Positions 56,301 through 64,000 of a DNA stretch of 64,000 bases are shown piece by piece. This stretch comes from the human T2T-CHM13v2.0 reference genome, Homo sapiens. The stretch lies in assembly GCF_009914755.1 (NCBI RefSeq), contig NC_060926.1. The stretch is one strand, 5' to 3'. Within the stretch, counting starts at the first letter, position 1, and each line of letters starts with the position of its first letter. Under the pieces are notes generated by a model that worked only from the letters and a program-made list of their open reading frames with translations, did not search any database and was not told the origin of the DNA. The position numbers and the translations under genes are program-made.

Positions 56301-57234
56301 TCTGCAGATGCTGCTGTCCTAATAGTCACTTGCATCTTAATCTCTGTTACTCTGGGACTTTAACAACCATAATTTCAGGTCCTGGAGAGCTGTAGCAGTC
56401 AGTCTGATGGCTGATTAGGATTTAGTTTGAGGGGAATTTTAGCAGTCGTAACTGATTTGTGAAGTTTTATAAACATCCCTTGTGAGATGAAGTAGATGAC
56501 AGGGCTTATATCTCATATAACCAAATTCTGAAATTGAATTTTTCCCTATATTCCTTAAAGTAACCCAACTTTGAGACTCTCTGTAATTCATGGTGCTGCT
56601 TATGAAAACTGTTCACCATCCAAATGCCTATTTATTTGCAGTCATTTTCCACAAAAAAAGAAAGTGTGATATCTCTATACTCAGGGGTGCTAAAGTGAAG
56701 ACAATTTCAGATGTGTATAGACAGAAGAGAAATTTAAGTAACACAATTTAAAGTAAATTCTAGGAATCTCATTTTTTTGCTAGTTAGGTTTTCCAGCTGA
56801 TCAGAGACAAAGTGCCAGATGCTATCGTTGTTTAATGTTGTTGTTTTTTTCCCCAGTTGGACTTTGAACTCTAAAAGTGCATAGGAAGTGATTTTTTTTT
56901 AATGGTAAGATTTCATTATTCCAATAATATCCCTTTGCTTAGCATATTTTTGTGACATCTTTTGTGACTGGCCTTTAGAATCACCTTATAAATTACACGG
57001 GCAAAGCTGTTCTATTATTTTGAATTGACATCCTGTTTACCCAAATCCGTAGTGTCCAGTTAATGAACTACTTTCTTTTTAGACCTTTGATTCAAAATAA
57101 AGTTTAGCTTTTATAAGAATGAGAATCCACCTTCAAGTGAACACACTTTGTGGCAATTAAAGGTACTTATGATGAGAAGCATGTTTCGAAAGTGTGATGG
57201 TGTGTATTTATTTTGTTTTGTTTTTAATAGAAAG

Positions 57235-57432
57235 GAAGCAAAGCATAATGGTTAAGAATATGAACTGAGAAGTCAAGCCCAAATTCTAGATGTGGTTTTG
57301 TCACTTTGACAAGTAACTAATTCCACCTGGCCTCAGTTTCCTCATCTGCAAAATGGAGCCTCTACCAACACTTTACAGTTGCCATGAGGGTGCAATAGAT
57401 TTAACATAGACATATGTCTACCACAGTGCCAT
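57235..57432 (+). mobile_element. MIR
   Basis: AGCATAATGGTTAAGA...GCCTCAGTTTCCTCATCTGCAAAATGG. Confidence 0.8.
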
Positions 57433-59146
57433 AGGAAAGAAACCCCGTAAAAGACAGTTTAGTCTTCCTCATACACTTGCGTGATGGCATAGAACACTAA
57501 TAAAGACACCTCCATAATATCTCTCCCCTTTCATCTAAAAAAAATTATGTCTTGCCTGATAGACTATTTATAATAGCTGATCAGGAGCAAAACAGAGAAT
57601 AAATACAGAGAGGGAGTTCAAGGTATGAGGTCCGAGGAGTTTAGAGGCATATGGATATCATTAGAGCATAGAAGAGTAAGACCAATTGGTGGGCAGGGAA
57701 GTGAATAAGAGGAAAAGTGGGAGGCTTTGAGATTTTTTGTTTGAGTCTAGGTGTGGCCTGCATAGAATTTAGGAGATAAATGTTAAAGTCCTCAATGACT
57801 TTGTAATTCGTTATTGTGGTATTTATAAACAAAACAAAACAACATGGATTTATTCCATAATAAATACACTTTTTGTTTTTTTGCCTTTCCATCAGTGATA
57901 TTAGTGATGACCCAGCCACATTTCTTATTGAATTCTTGTTTGTACTATAGTTGGTATATTTTTCTCAAGCTAGAGTTTCAAAACTTTCCCAAAGCATTTC
58001 TACTGGATATTTTTAAATTTACTTAAAAAATGTATAAACTTGACCACATTTCAAAGCTTACCTGGTTATAGGTGCTACAACATCCCTAAATTATCAGGTT
58101 CACAGAAAGTGCTAAAAATCAAGACTATGTATTGTGTCAATAGTGTCTTCATTTGAGTTGACATTTCTAGTGTACTGTAAATGATTGTATTACTTATGGC
58201 ATAAACTTTCATAGTAGTTGGCAACATTTGGATATAATTTAATCTGTCTTTAAAATTTAGTACAACAAAATTACTTTATTTGCAGCTTGAATCTGTGCTC
58301 TCATTCATGTTTATTTGTTTTGTATTCTAACCAAGGAAGCTATTCCAACCCATATGAGATGTTCCTCTCTGGAAATATGGCTGGGGACAGATGGGATATA
58401 AATAATATTCTTAGATTACTACATGGATGTTTCAGAAGAATCACAGAGGAGGAGGTTTGACACAGAGTAATTTAGAATTCTATTGACATCAGATTTTTTT
58501 ATCATCAGTTTTGGATATTGATAGACAGTAGAGAGAGCAGAATCCTAGGGAAATGTGATTTTTATATAATAATTGTATTTAAAAACATCACACTAGAATT
58601 CAAAGGAGGGAAAGATTCTCAGACATTTAAGATGCAGAATTACTAAAAGATTATATCTTGTTTGTGGGGCAAATATAGGAGTATTTACTGTGATGTCAGA
58701 AAATATGTGTATATATGTATTAAAATTTAATGTTGAAACAATTATAGAAAGACAATGATGATGGCAAGATAGCTTTTAAATCTTCATGGATTTTCCTACA
58801 AAAAAAAAAAAACCCAGAGCAATTGGGTAGCAAAACTAAAACCCCACAGGCAACATCCCTATAAATCTAAAAAAACCCAAATGATTGTACATGGTGTTAA
58901 TGTCTGAGCAAGAAAAAGCAGAGGGAAGCAGTGGAGAGTCTGATAAACCTGAGGGCAGTAAAACACACAATAAATGGCCAATGTATACCCACTGGGAGAG
59001 CATACTAAGCCAATTTGAAAACAACAACTAGAACTGGAAGGGTTCTACCCACTCCAAGAGTAGGTGCTGCAGGAAATTATACTTAAAAAGAGTAGAACAG
59101 TATGAATCTTATGAACCCCAAAACTGATCATCCAAGGCTCCCTTTC

Positions 59147-59446
59147 TTTTTTCTTTTTTTTTTCTTTTTTTGATGGAGTCTCGCTCTGTCGCCCAGGCTG
59201 GAGTGTAGTGGCGTGATCTCGGCTCACTGCAAGCTCCACCTTCTGGGTTCACACTATTCTCCCACCTCAGCCTCCTGAGTAGCTGGGACCACAGGCACCT
59301 GCCACCACACCAGGCTAATTTTGTTTTTGTATTTTTAGTACAGACAGTGTTTCACTGTGTTGGCCAGGATGGTTTCCATCTCCTGATCCACCCGCCTCGG
59401 CCTCCAAGTGCTGGGGTTACAGGCGTGAGCCACCGCGCCTGGCCCT
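59147..59446 (-). mobile_element. AluY/Sc-like
   Basis: GCAAGCTCC and TTCACACTATTCTCC diagnostics; 14-bp TSD CAAGGCTCCCTTTC (59133-59146, 59447-59460). Confidence 0.93.
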
Positions 59447-62446
59447 CAAGGCTCCCTTTCATGATGTGGTCCAAAAATGAGGAGACACTGATGGGAATGG
59501 AATTCAAACTGGTCAATACTGAGCCAAGAGAGATAAAGGAAAGAGGAGGTCCAGGTAAAACAGAGAACTGAGTCAATAGACATTAGAAAACAAGCTGGGG
59601 TGTGTATGTATGTGCACATGTGTGTATTTTTGACACTACACAAAAGTCAAGAAGGTGATGCTTTCTAAAGTTAGCTTTTATAAATTCCAACTCTACCTAC
59701 CTTCTCCCAATAACTCAAAATAATTTTACACACAGAAAAGATAATCTCAAATACTATACAAACATGTTATTCTAAACAGATGAAACTGTAATCCACTATT
59801 TGGATACACAATAAGAAATGTAACAAAATGACACAATACTTGAAAAAAAATGTCAGAATTAGAAAACTCAGAAATTAGGATAGTGTTCAGGAAAAAATTA
59901 AAAATTAAAAAAGAATATTTCAGAAATAAAGGTTGAATTGCAAATAAGCACCATTTAAACATTTTTATTCTCACCTACTTTTTCCAAATAATAAAATATA
60001 TAATATGTACTATTTCTCTTCAGAACTTATAAAATAAGTCTTTCTTCCCCAGTAACCTGAAATTTCTTTTAGCTCTCAAGATCATTAGAGGTAAGCAAAA
60101 CCAATTGAGTTTTACATGGCTGGTGTCATATATCAATTTTTGGAGGCTTGACAAAGATAGCTTAGGAACTTTAGATAGAGTAAATCGTAGAACCAAATAA
60201 AAGCCTTCCATTAGAAACTAAAAAAAACCAATGGTATTATATAAGTGAAACCCAAAGGAGAACAAACAGCAAATAAATAAAAATTAGAATTAGAAACAAA
60301 TAAACAGAATGCTAACCATCAATTTTTCTCTATTCAATTTACCTTGGAGGTACAGTGTTACCCAGAGCCTAAAAAAACCCATATGATGAATATTTTATTT
60401 CTGATACACAATTTAACATCTTTAAGTCCACAATACCACTATGTATTTTGTACAATTAAGAAATTCACTTAGGGGCGTGACCAGCAAGTACTTTAGTGCT
60501 AGTACTATCTATGCAAAATAGCAAATAGTGTGTGAAGCAATACAGGCATGTATGTGAAATTTAGTTCCATGCTAAATCTGGCTTCATGCTTAACTATATT
60601 AAAAAAGAATTCCCAAACTGCCAATATATTTCATTACAATATTTCTTAATTTACTTTCATCAAGACTAAGAGCTTTAACTATGAACAATGTTAAATAGCC
60701 AAATGTCTACAATTTTCTATCATGTTTTAAATAAAATTTTATTATCTAAAGTTTTTCATATTCTCTGCGTTGCATGAAGATTGACATACAAAGAAACAGG
60801 AAAAACTATATAAGACCATCTATGACATACTTAGACTTTCTGGTTTGTCCTAAATTTTCTTTTTTAAACAAACTAACAAACAAACAAACAAAAACATCAT
60901 TTTACTTTAGGTCAAAAATTTACTATAGAAGATCCATTCTCATACAAATTTATTATCTTTTCTTTATAACCTTGTAACCAAAAATATATCTTCATATCCA
61001 TAGCTTTCTTCACATCACTCTCCTCTGCTTACTAGGTCCTTACTACCTTGTTTCATAAATAACCTTTTCAAGCCCATAATTTAAATTAACTTTTAGACAA
61101 CTTCTGAATTACACAAAATTAATCTATTTCTCAATAAGAACACATCTTCTTTGGCACATTTTATATACACAATTATATATTCGCTACGATTTTTATACTT
61201 AAAAACCTTAAATTTTAGTGAAACCTAGGAAGCAAGAAATCCTGAACTATCAGATATTATCATTTTATAGATGAGAATGATTCCACAATTTTTGGAAACA
61301 TATTTCCCCATATCATAACTGTTTCTTAATCGGAAATGACACAGATATCCAATGAACATCAAAAATAATTTTAAGATTTTAAATTACATAAAAGTTTACC
61401 TAAAACATTTATCACACTTACATGTACTCAATTCTTTCAACAGTTTATTGAGATTACTTCTGAAAACTGAGATATTAGACACCATGATTTAAAGTTGGTG
61501 ATTTCCTTGTGAACCATTTTTTAAACAGCTAGTGAACATCAGGAATTTCTCACCAAGTAAGAACCTCAAAGTTAAATGCATGGGTATTTTTGCCAATAAT
61601 GCAGAAGATTCCAGTTTTATTAAATGAATACATTCAATTTGTCTTACTTATCAAAAAAAATGGACAAAGATCATTTTTTGGGCTGGGTTTGTAGCTTTAT
61701 AACTTTCTGTGCCAAACCCTGATATCTCAAAATATGTAGCAAGGACAAATAGAAAATCCAGATAAAAATGTATACTGACAATTCTGAAGACATTTTTATT
61801 TTTATTTTATCAATGATTTAAAAGCCAGCTTGTTTGTTAAAGATTTACTTAAGTCTTACGAACTTGAAAATCGCTTGGACTTATTTACTTAATTAATGAG
61901 TGCTCTTTTATCTATAAGCCAATTTGGTAGCCACAACATATAACTTAATAAATGTACATACATAAATACATCCAGACATGTATAGACACACAAAGATCCA
62001 ATAGCTTTTATCTTGGAATTCTAGCCATGAGATAGGAATTCAATAGCTTTTACCTTGGTCTATAAACATGTACACATGGCTGAACTTTGTTAGCCCCAGT
62101 AGGTAATCCAGTGAAGTCTGTGAACCAAAATTTTGGGTAAAGCAGTTTCCATGGCAGCTTGATTTTTAAAGGCTAAACTTTCCCAGGCTCCAAAGAACAC
62201 TGGGGCCAACCACCAAAGGAGAACATCACATACTAACCAAGCCCAACCCTGTCTAGAACAGCAGCCCAAAAGCCTGGATACATGCACCTGCATTCCACTT
62301 TACCATTTAATAGCAAATTCCAGATTCCAAACAATATCGGGGCCAAATAGTATTACACAAAAATATCAAATTTTCTGAATTCTAATTTCCCATGACTGTA
62401 TCAAACACATACCATTATCAAAACATAATCTAACTGTTGCAGCAAC

Positions 62447-62768
62447 AAACAAGCCCCAAGAGTGTCCAAACTAAAACAATTGGGGTGCTTCCTCTTTCCA
62501 TTGGTTGGGCTTGATCAACCTGCAAACGAAAATACCTTAGGAATTTCCCAAATTAAGAGTTGCTGATCCTGCTGTCTGATACCCACAAAAGACACTCACT
62601 TGCCTGGACACACATACAACTCCAAACAAGCCCCCAGCAGTGTCCATACTGAAAGAGTCAGGGTGCTTCTTTCTCTCAGTCAGTTGGGCTTGCTCAACCT
62701 GCAAATGGAAATTCCCTTTAAGATCCTGCTGTCAGGTCCCACAAAGACACTCGCCTATCCAGACACAG
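62447..62768. repeat. Two diverged ~150-165 bp tandem copies in the ERV leader
   Basis: AAACAAGCCCC...GTTGGGCTTG.TCAACCTGCAAA...GATCCTGCTGTC...GACACTC at ~62447-62612 and ~62624-62768. Confidence 0.8.
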
Positions 62769-62936
62769 ATGTCAAATTTCAAAGACAGTTCTTCCCTGGC
62801 AATCAGGAACATATTTGGGGTCGGCTATGGCAGAGCCAGAGAGAGACAGAAAATCACTTCCAGCCAAAATGGGTGATCAGCTACTTACGAGGGCTTCTGA
62901 GACATGGCCCATGACAGCAAAGCCATGAGCAACATG

Positions 62937-62954
62937 TGCCCAGTCAGGGAACCA
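62937..62954 (-). promoter_or_regulatory. Primer-binding site for tRNA-Glu
   Basis: Plus strand TGCCCAGTCAGGGAACCA, 16/18 to the tRNA-Glu 3' end TTCCCGGTCAGGGAACCA, adjacent to the LTR boundary. Confidence 0.75.
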
Positions 62955-63188
62955 AAATCTTTTCACTAAACACCAGGGGTTTGGTTTAGGTCTTGCTGCT
63001 CACCACACAGGAAGCCAGTGATTGAGATGACAAGTACTGCTGAGGAAGAAGGCTTTAATCTGGTGCTGCAGCCAAGGAGATGGGAGCTCAGTCTCAAATC
63101 CATCTCCCTAATGGACTAAAACTAGGGGTTTACGTAACAGGGAAGAAATGTAACAATGTGTAAGAAAATAGGAACTAGGGAGGAGCAA

Positions 63189-63551
63189 TGATATGGTTTG
63201 GCTCTGTGCCCCCACCCAACCATCATCTCGAATTGTAATCCCCACATGTTGAGGAGGGACCCAATAGGAAGTGACTGGATCATGGGGGAGGTTTCACCCA
63301 GACTGTTCTCATGATAGTGAGGGAGTTCACATGAGATCTGATACTTTAAAAGTGGCAGTTTCCCCTGTGTTCTCTGTCTCCTGCCAACTTGTGAAGAAGA
63401 CGCCTGTTTCCCCTTCACCTTCTGCCATGATTATAAGTATCCTGAGGCCTCCCCAGCCATGTGAAACTTTGAATCAATTAAACCTCTTTCCTTTATAAAT
63501 TACCCAGTCTCAAGTAGTATCTTTGTAGCAGTGTGAAAACAGACTACTACA
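63189..63551 (+). mobile_element. MaLR solo LTR, THE1D/MSTA-like
   Basis: TGATATGGTTTGGCTCTGTG...CAGACTACTACA; 5-bp TSD AGCAA/GGCAA. Confidence 0.9.
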
Positions 63552-63668
63552 GGCAAAGAAGCAATCATGATAAATGAGGGCTCCAGGATGTCATTGTCTG
63601 GATGTGGTGACCTGATGAGTTTCAGTTCATTGATGCTTTTTTTGAGAGGCCTGAAGGTTGTTTTTTGA

Positions 63669-63987
<319 letters not shown>

Positions 63988-64000
63988 AAGTTTTAAGCCT

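Larger units (their letters stand above)
60030..62959 (-). mobile_element. ERV1-class (MER4-group-like) non-coding internal region; left boundary approximate
   Basis: Lies downstream of a PBS and LTR on the minus strand; AT-rich; tandem ~165-bp leader repeats; no ORF. Confidence 0.6.

Overview
Hominoid (probably human) non-coding genomic DNA made almost entirely of nested, mostly defective transposable elements. I found no intact host gene, tRNA gene or CRISPR array. Bases 1-11330 are a deleted-type HERV-H provirus (end of the 5' LTR7, tRNA-His PBS, gag/pro/pol/env remnants, 3' LTR7). A sense-oriented L1PA2/3-like LINE-1 is inserted in its leader; its 5'UTR lacks about 480 nt, and the gap falls at splice-compatible sites. 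Bases ~11.9-20.5 kb hold a full-length L1PB with nested solo LTR7 and LTR22, plus a candidate ~1.1-kb 3' transduction bounded by a long target-site duplication (TSD). Further on are a full-length Hsmar1, a 5S rRNA retropseudogene, an antisense L1PA15/16, MaLR/ERVL remnants, Alus, MIRs, and a minus-strand ERV1-class element with a tRNA-Glu PBS. Three short templated-insertion scars are visible. I see no evidence of a new biological system; the best leads concern retrotransposition mechanism. Subfamily names come from recalled consensus sequences and need RepeatMasker/Dfam confirmation.
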